64,000 nt of DNA from Chrysomallon squamiferum. Taxonomy: Eukaryota > Animalia > Mollusca. The stretch lies in NCBI GenBank assembly GCA_012295275.1, contig CM022672.1, positions 15,376,001 through 15,440,000 on the forward strand. Direction: 5' to 3'. The notes beneath the pieces were generated by a model. The model was not told where the DNA came from. It worked only from the letters and a program-made list of their open reading frames with translations, and did no database searches. Shown here piece after piece: positions 12,001-25,065 of this stretch. Within the stretch, counting starts at the first letter, position 1; every line of letters starts with the position of its first letter. The translations under genes and the position numbers were made by a program.

Positions 12001-14943
12001 TCCTGATGACCTGGATGATGATTACAGTGATTATTTTCCTTTGCCTAGGAGAAGTCAAGATCAGAGAACAAAGCCAGAACCCAAAATATATCCTTCAGCT
12101 AGAATGGATAAACATAATTTTTTCCAGTACGGCACTGGAAATCCATTAGTTTCAAGATCTCATTCCAGACAGAAAATCAGCGATGAAATGTCACATTTTG
12201 TCTCACCAGATTATCAGTCTGATTCAGTTAATAGAATGTACAGGACAAGTCCTTACAGAGACAAATATTATTTGAAGCCCAGGCAGCTTCGTAAAATGAT
12301 TCCAGAAAATTATGATCTGTTAGAGGATCTGAGATTTGACTCAGATGTGTTGCCTTTCAGATCCAATGTAAATCATCCTGTACATGAGAGTTTTTCAGGA
12401 TCCCAATACAATGCAAGGATAGATCCTCTTGAGAAACACGTTCCAGCATTTTGGAATAAGAGACAGACTGTTGTGAGTACAGTTTTTGTATCATTTAACT
12501 TTGAAAAGAAAATATTGGTTTTTTTTTTTAAATTTATTTTTTATTTATATTCATAATTATTTTTTTTTTTGTTGTTGTTGTTCTGTATATAATATATATA
12601 TATTGATATAGGGATTGATACCTTTTTTTAATTATTTTAATTATTTTTTTTGATGAGTTAGTGTCCAGTTTCATAAAAATACTCATAAAATTATTTCTTT
12701 GTTTCAGAAACATCAAGCAAATGACAACATTTATTTTGGTGAGTTATTAATCTGTCTTGAAATATATGATTAATTGAGGTAGGAAAAATGGATTGTAAAT
12801 ATTCTGGATTATAGTTAAAAAGATTCAATATATGCTCATTTGTACGTAGTTTTAGGCAAGGTGGGATGTAGTGAAAATGTGAGGTGTTATTTCCATGTGT
12901 TTCAGTCTTAGATGTCACAAAGACATTTTTTAAAAAAATATTAAAAAAAAGATTTTTTTAAAGGTAATATTGATTCTGAAGATGATCTGTCAGAAGGTGT
13001 CTGGGATGATGAGAGAAGTGGAAATTTCTCTGACAGCTTACAGCTTTCTATAGACGAAGATGGAATAATGTGGGGCAATGAAACAGATATCCAATGTTTA
13101 CCTGATGATTTATACAGAATAAGTCCATCAGGAAGTGAGACAGCTGGAGATATTGGATCATCTCTCTTATCTGGATCACATTCTGCACATAATCTGGCCT
13201 TGCACTCAGCAAACAAGGTGGATTCCCCACTTCCACACAAAGTGGTCCCAAATCATGCTAATGATTTCACATCGGGTTACAGAATTAAAAGAAACTCTTC
13301 AAATACTGGAAGTTTTCCATTCCTGGACGAAGTTACAGAAGAAGAAGAGAACTCATACCCAGCTCTGCCCACATCAGCATCAGCAGCAGCAACACTGAAG
13401 AGAAAGAAAGAAGCTTCAGTAAGAGATAAACTAATGAAGTTTCTTGATGAAGATTCTAAAGAAATTGCAGGAAGAAATGGCAAGTATCTGAGAACTAACA
13501 CAGATGAAGTTTATCGGAGAAATAATGAATACAGATCTAATCCCAAGTTTACAGACAGTCAGAATCTGAATAATGATATGTCTTCCAAGAACAGACAATC
13601 CAGTGTAGGAAAACAACAGTTCAAAGAAAGTAATGGAAATAAAAAACTTCTTCAAAATTAAATCAAGTCTATAGCAATGACTTGGAAAGTTCATCTGACT
13701 TGTCTTATAGCAGTTACATGCCCCTAAAGAACTCTTCACAAGAGAAAACAAGTTTTCCAGATAATGGTTCCAGCAGTAAATCTAGTCAAAGACATGCTGA
13801 AGAGCTAGCTGAAGAGCAGACTCCTATGGAAATTAGAAAAGAAAAGGATTAAAGAGTGTTCCAGCAAAAGAATCTTCTGTCACAATGACTTCTAATGCAG
13901 TAAACAACAAATATCCAACAGATCATACTGATGATAGATTATTACTGAATACTAATGGAAGATTACTAGAATCTTTGGATCAAAACCTCAAAGACTTTCA
14001 GACAAACACAGAATAATGAGCTTTGACAAAGCTGTTGACACTGATACTGAAGTTAATACTGGAATAACAATAAATTCAACTGATAATTCTGTCTTTCAAA
14101 CTGCACAATGTCCTGATGATGTTTCTAAAACAAATGAAGAAAGTAATAAAAGCAAATATGCATACCCTCATCATGACAGAGAGAAATCTGTTGAAGCATT
14201 TGTAGATAAAACTCAGATTTTAGAAAATGCAGACATCCAGCAAAGTTCAAACAGTCCACTAGTTGATGGTAACACACAGCCTGACACAAAACAGCATTCA
14301 TCTGAAAATATTTCTCAGTTTCCAACTGTCACACAAAAACCAGAAAAATCACTAAATGAAACACCGGGATCTTCCGAGGATGAAACATCCATTCCCATAA
14401 ATAAAGAGGACTCTACTGACTTTGATCTGGAGTCTGATTTGGAGAAAGTTACATCTCCACTGAAGCTGCAGGATCGTCATGGAAATGCTGCTTCAGACCA
14501 CAGGGAGGAGTCTACAGACTTTGATATTGAGTCAGATCTGGAGAAAGTGATGTCTCCTCAAAGACTCCTGTCATCTGGAACATCAAATATCAGAAACAAG
14601 ACGAGAAGAAAAAAAGAAATGGCTCTGAAGAAACAGCAGCAAAGGAAAACACTGAGTGGACAACTGAAGGTTCCCCGCAAGTCAGGGGATGGTATGTGTC
14701 TTATTTTGCTCGTTTATTCTGAATGGTTAATGGCTGCTGCTTATGTTCTCTCTCTCTATTTATTTATTTATTTATCTATTTATTTATTTATCTATCTATC
14801 TATACATCTATCTATCTATCTATTTATTTATTTATTTATTTATTTATTTATCTATTTATTTATTTATCTATCTATCTGTCTATCTATCTATCTATTTATT
14901 TATTTATTTATTTATTTATTTATTTTTTTATTTATTTGTTTGT

Positions 14944-15006
<63 letters not shown>

Positions 15007-18000
15007 TTTGTTTATTTAAAGAATCGAGTGACACATCAAGAAGTGGACAGGAGGAGGCCAGACGGAGGAGGGTTGCTCTGTTCTCAGTTTTCAAACATCT
15101 GGACACTTGGACACTTGGACAGGTGTCCAGAGTTTGTCGGGAATGGAAGAAAGTGTCTCGACATCCATCACTGTGGAAACACATCCACCTGAAAAGTGAA
15201 AGAATATCATCATCAGTATGTTTATACATTTTTCTAATTATACATAAACATAAGTTTATTAAAAAAAAAAAACAAAACAATAACGTATATACTAAATATC
15301 ATAATCAAGTTATATAAATATATAATACATATAACAGATAAGTTATAAGAACAAATAATAAAAATTGTAAACAATAATTAAGTATTACAGACACAAGCAT
15401 ACAGACATGTATGTATTTATTTTTACAGATTTTGGAAATTTAAACATTAATTAAAACATGATTGAAATATTGTTATAAAGCATCTTCTGTTTTTGAAAAA
15501 TAAGTCAGTTACATTTTAAAATATTTAATCAATATATAATTTTTTTTTAAATTCTGATATAAGTATACTTTCTTAAAATAAAGTGGGAGAAAAACAGTTA
15601 TGGTGAACTCGTTATTTTGAGTGGAAAAGACACTAATAAAACTGTGGTGTGTGTAAACATTCTGCTATAAGTTTTTATACTGACCTTTACTGAGTTTTTA
15701 AATGTATTTTAAGTCTTGTTTCTTAACAAATTTATTTTTTTGATGTCATGGAGATTGAATTTTCTGGCATTTATATTTCAGTATTTGATTACTATTTCCC
15801 AATGGTGCACTCAGACACAGTCTATCACTTTGGAAGGTTAGCTTCACCAGTTTATAAATCACATTTTTATTTCATCTCGTTATCTCTCCTTTCATTTCAG
15901 TAGTTAGTTTCACTGAATGCTCTCTTGTTTATTTTATTTTTTTATTTCACCTATTTACATCATTTATTGATACCATCTATCTTTCCTCTCAAGACATCAC
16001 CTTTACAATTATTTTTTAAATTCATTTTTACCTGTTCATTTCATTTGTTTATTTCAACTTTTCATATTGATTTCAGCTGTTAATTTCTCAATTTCAGTAT
16101 TTTTACTCTTTTTTTTTACTTTTTTTACCATTTTTTTTTAATTTCTTCATTTTTACTTTTTTACTTTTATCATTTATTTTATCTGTTTTGTTCATATTAT
16201 TTTTATTTTATTTGTTAATTTTTCTTCTTTCTTTCTTTTGATTAGTTTCTATTGCATGTTTCTGCTATTAATATTACCTGTTTGTTTCCTGTTTCATTTC
16301 TCCTTTTGTTTCATTTATTTATTTTTCATTTTTGAATTCTTTTTTCCTTTGCTGAAGAAATATGATACTCTAGAATAATTAAATGTCAGTTCGTTATTTT
16401 TGTAATTTTACATTAAACGTCTTTTTATTAGTTAACAAAATAATTTTATTAATTAAAAAAATGATTTTAAGCTTGCATGCTGCTATTTTAGAAATGCATG
16501 GGTTATCTTGATGCATTTGTTATTAATGTTTAAATTTATTGAGTTGCAAGTGTATTCAAATTTACCCACAACACAACAATGATGTTGTTGGGTTTTTTTG
16601 GGGAGGGGGGTGGATTTTGTTGTTGTTGTCACTGAATGACTGGTCATTATTTTTTAATATTAATAATTTCTTTAATTAATGGTTAATAATTTGTTTTGTT
16701 CATTTTGGTTCTAAAAGTTCTAAAATAATTTTGAATTCATTTCAGGTAGTTAATAACATTACCATAAAATTAATTAATTTGTATTATTATTATTATTATT
16801 ATTATTATCATCATGTTCATCATCATTATCTTTATATTTTTTATTGCTATTGTTATTGTTATTATTATTATTACTATTTTATATATATATATATTTACTC
16901 TTGATTTGATTATTATTATTATAACTATCATTGTCATGTGTTGTTTTTCTTATGTACTAATCAAACATACTGAACTGTGGTGTACATTTGTAGGTGCCTG
17001 AATCGCATGGTAAGAGAACATGTTTTAGTTGTGTTATTACTAACAACAGTGTACTACCTTGCTACAGTCCCCCACCCCCACTTTCACACAAGTACAGTTG
17101 TTTAGTTTAGTTGCCTTTACACTGTACATCTAGTTGTATAATCAAACAGCATAAACACATTCTGCATATTTCTCAGAAAGTGTGATCAGTCTTTGTCAGT
17201 AATGAAGTATGAAAATAGCAAAGTACAGAGGGTATTATTTTCCATGGAGTAAGAACTTTTTTTTGTGATGATAGAAATCCTTCATAGGCTTTATAATAAT
17301 AATAATATACTCAGTCTGTTAAAGTTTTTTGACATATCCAAATGTGAATTTTGTTGTTTTTTTTATAATAAAAGGGGAAAACAAAAGCTTCCATGCATTT
17401 TTTTGAACTATTTTAGTTTAAAAAGGTAAAAACAAAAGCTTCCATTGCATTTTTTTGTCATGAACTGGTTATTTTAGTTTATAAATAAAATGTAAAATAA
17501 AATTAAAAAGTTTTTTAGCAGTAATGTATAATTAATTATTAGTCATTAAAAAGTCACACAGTTAACACTAACTGTTAAATAATCTACATTTGTACCATAT
17601 CCTTAGTCTTCTTTTTTTATACTATTCTTAATCTCTTTATACTGTATCTTTAATCTGCTTTTGTACTGTATCCAATGTAAAGACATACCATGGAAAAGTG
17701 AGAGCAAAACTGGAAAAAAAACTGTTTATCTGAGATTCAGAATTCAGAAAAGTCCTTCAAAAACATCCTCAGCATGAGAAATAAATACTTATTTATCTAT
17801 TGAATTAATCAGGAAAAATATTTTACTAAAATGTCAGAATAACCTTCTTCAGTGTTAGGATAAAAACTTGTATTGTGACAGAACCTGACTGCGTAGTCAG
17901 AGTCATATAAATTATTAATACTGCCAGCAGATATTAAACAACCACAAGTGCTCAAGTCAGTTTTATAAAATGGCATACTTTTACCCTATATATGTTCATA

Positions 18001-21000
18001 AGTTGAAAAAGTACTAACAATTGCTAAAGCTTATATAAATCATACTGATTACAGGACTCTAACAAAGTGTACTGTATGCCACCATCAATATAAAATTTAC
18101 TGTAAAACCCATGTAAAATTATGTTGACTACAGTATTCTAGTACACTGCATGCCATCATAAGTGTACAATTTAAAACTCATATAAATCATAGTGACTATA
18201 GTAGTCTAGAATACTGTATGCCATCATAAGTGTACAATGTAAAACTCATATAAATCATATATGACTATAGTAGTCTAGAATACTGTATTGCCATCATAAG
18301 AATTCTTATTTACTGCATAGTGCCAAACTCACAGATAAAGCCACCTAACTTTATATTAAAACTAATGTTTTATTGTTTTGTGTTGTTTTTTCTTCTTGAG
18401 CAATGCTTTTATTTGTTGTTTTGTCATGCACTGTTTTTATTTTTTTTACTGATTGCACGAAAAAGTCAATCATACAAAAGAGAAAATATCAATTCAATAA
18501 AATTTATTTTTCAAAATAATATTATTTAATTTTGTATTATTAGCGTTATTTTCCTTTCATCATTAAAAAAATAATTAAATTTTGTTCTTGAAAAGATTAA
18601 GAAGGTCAATCTTATTGTCATGATTAGTCTTTTTTATTGTTGTTTTTTTATTTTAAATTATATAATTTATATAATATCATATAGATAAATTTTCTCTCAT
18701 TTACATAATGATTATGTGGTACAGAAAAGCAAAAGAGAACAACAATAATAACAATAATAATATAATTTGTTTCTTTCTTAATTGTTATACTTTATTAGTA
18801 GTATTATTGTCCATTGATATAAAAATATGTCTTTTTTTTTATGTTTTTATTTTTGTGTTGAAACTCATGTAATCTAAGCTTTGCATCCCTTTCTGATTTC
18901 ATTTGAAAGTTCCATATTTGTTCCCTTCATCAATATCATCAATAGTATTGGAAATTAATCTTAGTATTTCATGACTTCGTCTGCTATAAAATATAATTTG
19001 ACAAATGTTATGTTAAAGTATAAAACAAAAATTAAGATGGTGCTTGTGTATGTAGGCTTCATTTTCATTTTTAAATATAGAACTAATTCTGTTGATAATT
19101 GATTTGCTGTTTTCAGCTCTACAAGGTCGAAAAAGACACGAAGATGAAAGTGATGAGGAATACAGAAGAAAAACAAAGTATAAATATTTAATTTGTTTTT
19201 AGAAATAATAATAATAATAATAATAAAAGAAATATTACTAGTGAAAATAAATATTGTAGTAAGAGTAATAATAATAGTATTATTTTTATTAGTGATAGTA
19301 GTAACAATAGCAGTTGGCATAGTAGGCGTAGTAGTAGTTGTAGTAGTATTTGTAATAGTAATATCAATGATAATTATCATTCATAATATCAGTAAACAAT
19401 GATAATCATCTTAACAATAAAAAACTTAAATCAGAAAAAGAAATAGAAAGAAAATCAATAACAACAACAAAAACAATTAAAATGAAAACGTAAATGTGAA
19501 AACCAAAGAGAAACACTACAAAAATGAAATTTATTTTTCTGAAAAAATTAAACTAAAAATCACAATAAAGGGAGATAAGTCTGAAATGACTCATTCTGTT
19601 TAACTTATTTCTGATCGCATGTTATTTCTGATCGCATGTTATTTCAGAGGAAGTCTGGAACCAGGAATGGAGGAACTTCTAAAAGTCTGCCAGAATTCTT
19701 TGACATCACTGTATATTATTGATTGTGGAAATCTCCTAACAGATAAGTAAGTTTTTTTGTTGTTTTTTATGAAAACAGTTGTCCAGTGTTATAAACATAC
19801 TAATGAAAAAAAATTGTAAATATTCAAAAATATACACTGTGCTGATCAAATAAAAGTAAACTAAAATTAACTAAAATTGAAATTGAAATAATAATAATAA
19901 GAAGAAGAAGAAGAAGAAGAATATGATATTGTTTTATTGTTACTATTATGGTTAGTGTAAAACTAACATGTTTGAAATCATTGTAAGCTACAATTAACAG
20001 TGTAGACATTTCATTAATAATATTAAAAGAAACATCAAAACAAATATATTTTTTCGTATTATTATGATTATTTTTTTTATTTCACTTTAAATTTTATACA
20101 TTCACAAAAATTTATTTCCAGTAATATGCGTATTGCAAATATATGTATGTTCTATACCTTCTACAGTATTTTTTTCACATATTCAAATAGTATTTATATT
20201 CAAATGTCAGCAGTTTCAAAAACTTTGCAGTTAATATTAAAGCATATATATATATATATACGCTTTTAACACAACACACACACATACACAACAGTGTTTA
20301 TTAATTGCAGGGCTCATTACAAAGTATTTTAAAATATTGCAACGTACAGAATATACAACAGTTTCTATGAAAATATGAAGAATACATTTCTATGAAACTT
20401 TTCACAGGTCCCTGTGGCTGGCCAGCTGTTACAGTCGACTTCTAGAAAAGCTGAAGTATGTGAGCAGTTCGGATCCGGTTACTGCCGAAGTACTGTGGGC
20501 TCTCGTCGGAGGCTGCCCTGGAGTCACCTCCCTTTTCATCCCTCCTCAGTTTCCATGGTAAGTACTCGAAGATGTCTATCAGGGATATGTGTTCATTTTG
20601 TGATGAATGTTAGTGAAAATTATTAACATTTAATAAAGAAATGAAAATTTTGGTAATAAGACTTTTTCAATGGTATTATTGTAATTGAAATGTTATTAGG
20701 CATTAAATGGTAAAGTTTACAGTAAGGTCTTAGACTAAACTCCTTCTGAAAACATAGAATACACAATTCACACATCATAAATTCACCATTATGTTTCGAG
20801 ACACACTCTTATGAAGACTGATCAAACCCCCAAAAATATATACATAAAAAAAAAAAAATTCTTTCATATTAATATGCATAGTCTTTATTGCAAATTGTTT
20901 GTTTTTGATCATTTTAGTTAAATTGGAACAGTCTTAAAGATATAAAGAATGGAAATATGTTGATACTTTTTTTAAAATAATTAAATTAATATATTATTTT

Positions 21001-21609
21001 ATTAATTTTTAGTGAAAAACCCAAAGTATTTAACAACAAATGTTTACTTCTGATTGGAAAATTTTATCGAGATCTTCTTCAACTTGGAATTGGAGGGAAA
21101 GAAATTGACATTAATGGTATACTCCCAGTAGGTGAGATGAAAGTTTTCAAGTTGTTAAAATAAAGAATTAAGTACCATGTCTTTTTACATTTAAATATAA
21201 TTTTGAAAGTAGAAACGTGTTAATATACCGATATAATTAAAACTGTCAAAAAACTGCCTTTGTTTCCATGAATAAAATCAAAAACAAGCCACAGCTTATT
21301 TGGGTTTTTTTCTTTTAGATTCTGATATTATAAGAATGGTGTGATACTCAAAACATATAATAATTATTATAATCAGTACTTTTTAAATGGATTTTTTTTT
21401 ATTATAAGTATTCTCTGATAACTAAAATAATAATAATAATAATAATTAGTTATAGTAGTATTTTTTGTCTAGATCTTGATGCTATAGAAACTGTTGTGAT
21501 ACCCTAAATATAATTATAATTCATAATAATAAAAATTAATAATAATAATATTAATAATAATGATTATTATTATTATTTTTTTATTTATTTTTTATTTATT
21601 TATTTATTA

Positions 21610-21678
<69 letters not shown>

Positions 21679-21759
21679 TATTTATTATTATTATTATTAT
21701 CATTATTATTATTTATTTATTTATTATTATTATTATCATTATTATTATTTATTATTATT

Positions 21760-21814
<55 letters not shown>

Positions 21815-22119
21815 TTTCAGTGCAAGGCTGTCAGCGACTGCAGTTTCTCGAGCTGGACCACATGGCTGAGCTGAATGACGATGATGCTACTGCTCTTTGT
21901 CGAGCTGGTCTCAGTAACCTGTCAGTGCTGGAACTCACTGGAACTCTCGCCACCCCAAAAGCCATTCAAGTTATCTACAGTCAGTTTTAATATTACCTTC
22001 AAAATTTTTATATATATATATATATATGTATTTCTTTTTTTAATGTGTATGTATGTGCATATGTGTATATTTGTATGTATATGTGTGTGTATATCTATAT
22101 CTTGAACACAGTATGCGCA

Positions 22120-22158
<39 letters not shown>

Positions 22159-22217
22159 TTTAATGTGTATGTATGTGTATATGTGTATGTATATCTATAT
22201 CTTGAACACAGTATGTG

Positions 22218-22251
<34 letters not shown>

Positions 22252-23369
22252 AGCCAGTCTGTAAAACCTCATTACATTAAATATTTGTATTATTCAGTCC
22301 ATTCATATGACAGCTGTAATTATATGAAAGAACTGAACAATTTCAGTCCTTCAATAAAATAGTGAAAATCAGGTTTGTTACCGGGGACAGAAAATAACGA
22401 GCAGTTTCAGATAAAACTTACAGATCTGTTCAGTCTGTGCAAAAAGGCAGAATCAGTGAATATCATTAACAACAAGAAACAAAGCTTGCCTTAACTGTTG
22501 AAAATATCAGGTAAATGAAATAATAATAAAATGTAAAATACAGAAAATAACCATTACGTGCTGTGAACAAGCATGTTAAACAAATTGTCTGATGCACATT
22601 CAGGCACCTTGTATAATAAAAAAGCAATTGTTTTCAGTCATTTCATGAACTGACTGTAAACTTTAAACATTACACAAAATGACTGGTGTTAATGTCTGAA
22701 TTTTTCAAACATTAGACCACTGATGACTTAACATATATACACAGATTAAATTACGATAATAGTTGTCATCATTATCATTGTTCTCACTGTCACAATTATT
22801 CTGTTTGATGTTAAAATTATAATCTGTGTTAAAAAGTTTATGGATTTTCATTTATAAGTTTATGTGAGAGAGAGAGAGAGACAGACACACACACAGACAC
22901 ACACAGAGAGAGAGAATGTGCGTGCATGCATATGAGTGCATATATACATGGTAGCTGATAAATAACTGGGCAGTGTATGTTTGTTAAATATCCACTAAAA
23001 TGCTGTTCTGTCAAGATGAGTTGTAAATGCTACAAAGTTAACATTCAGCACTTTGTATATCATTTGTAGATACATTGAATACATTACATACTTCATAAAA
23101 ATCGCATAATTACTTAAAAAATAAATGTGTTAATTTTTTAAATCATATACTAGATGGTTGCATTAAGATATAAAGTATAAATAAAGATTCGTTTTCAGTA
23201 AAAATTAAAAATATCTGGATTTATTTATCAGTATTTTAAGTTTGTTCTAAAAGCCATTTTAACTATTAAATTAAATATCAAGCAATGTTTTCCTTAATTT
23301 ACAAATAAAAAAATGTAACAACAATCACAATCACAAACTCAACAAAAATTATAATTAATAATAATAATA

Positions 23370-23407
<38 letters not shown>

Positions 23408-24981
23408 TTTAAAATTTCTTTCCTTTCTAACTCCTAGTTAACGAAAAATTATTTCCAAGCTCCTGTCATTTGTAACTACATATGTGTCATGTATTAATTT
23501 GTGTGCTTGTTGCTATGGCATTCAGTTTTGCCTAGACATTCTTGAGACTCTGAATTTTTTTAACAAGAAGTCCAAGATACATTACAAACAGACGTTATCA
23601 AATAATAAGCACAGTAAAGAAAATGTAAAAGAGAAATGTCATTATCAAATAAAATAAAATTTAAAACTATAAACAGACATTAAAGACTGTTATTACAAAT
23701 CTTGTTAAAGCTCTTCTAATTAGAAATACATAACCGTACTCATTTGTAATAAGCTTCATTGTGACAACTTCCCATCTCCATGGTGTATTATACTTGCAGA
23801 GATATTAATTGAATTTTGATGATCAAAGAAAATTCTGAAAAGACCAGACCAACGTCTTCACTCACCGATTCAGAAAACAATTCTTCAAAATAATCTTTAA
23901 CATAATAAATTTCTTTTCTTTTTCTTTTTAGTTCTCTTGAAAATATTATGAAAGGTATTTTTTAGCCTTTTTCATTAAAATATCTAAATTTAATAATTAT
24001 GATGGCATGATATATTGTAGTTCAGATGCTATTATGAATTAATCCCTAATTAAATGCAAGGTCATTGTTCTGAATACATGGCAAAATGGATAACATATAA
24101 GGAAGCAAATTCTATGGGAAAGAAAGGAAATTTATCCAGGAAAATAGAAATTATTTTATTATCCTATTATAAAAAGACCCAGATTTACTCAGTTGATTAA
24201 TTGCTGTGTTGAGTAATATTCAGCAGAATCCAATATGTTTATAAGGAAGGGATCTATAGAGATTTTGTAGTTGTAAAACGAGAAGGAAATAAGTAATTAG
24301 TTGATCAGATAGTGATAGATAGATTTTGGTAAGAATGGTCAAGCCCACCATTTTTAACTGTACCCTTGAACTACTTCTCAGTTAGCTCTGTGTGTGTATG
24401 TACATACATATGTATGTATGTTCAGAGGTATGATATATGTATATGTATATGTATATGCATGTATTGATGTATATTTGTATGTATGTATGTATGTATGTAT
24501 GTTTGTGTGTATGCTGTATGTTTGTATGTATGTATGTCTTTAGTTACAATGAATTTATTTTATATACATTTTTCCATAATCAGAAATACGCCATTAATAA
24601 ATAACCTGGAATGGACAATGGACAATTGTGCATTATAAGTTTTTTTTTAATGTTTATCTTTTTACTGTATTTCAGAATCGTGTAGACATTTGAAAAAAAT
24701 TGGCATCTTTTTGAGTTTTTCTGATTGTTATGATGACCCCAAGAATAAAAATCACAGAAAGGAATATTCTAAGAAAATTCTAAATTTACAGGTAAGTGAT
24801 ATTGATGAAATTAATATTCAGTGATAAAAAATACCAAAACAAAATTTTTAATTTACTTTTAATAGTGATATAATAAATGTCCTTAAAGAATATTCAAAAA
24901 ATTAAGTACAATAGGTTAAAATTTTCACAGAACTTTTAAAATATATTCATTTTCTAAATTCCTCACTCCTGTCATTAAATT

Positions 24982-25065
<84 letters not shown>

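Noticed and set aside
8032-13751. Antisense and alternate-frame ORFs overlapping the FBXO41 exons
   Set aside because: Shadow ORFs of real coding exons, with no independent splice or motif support
13641-14016. Programmed ribosomal frameshifting or TAATG stop-restart in FBXO41
   Set aside because: Would need three successive -1 shifts with no canonical X XXY YYZ slippery site plus structure; assembly error or an in-frame intron explains it more simply
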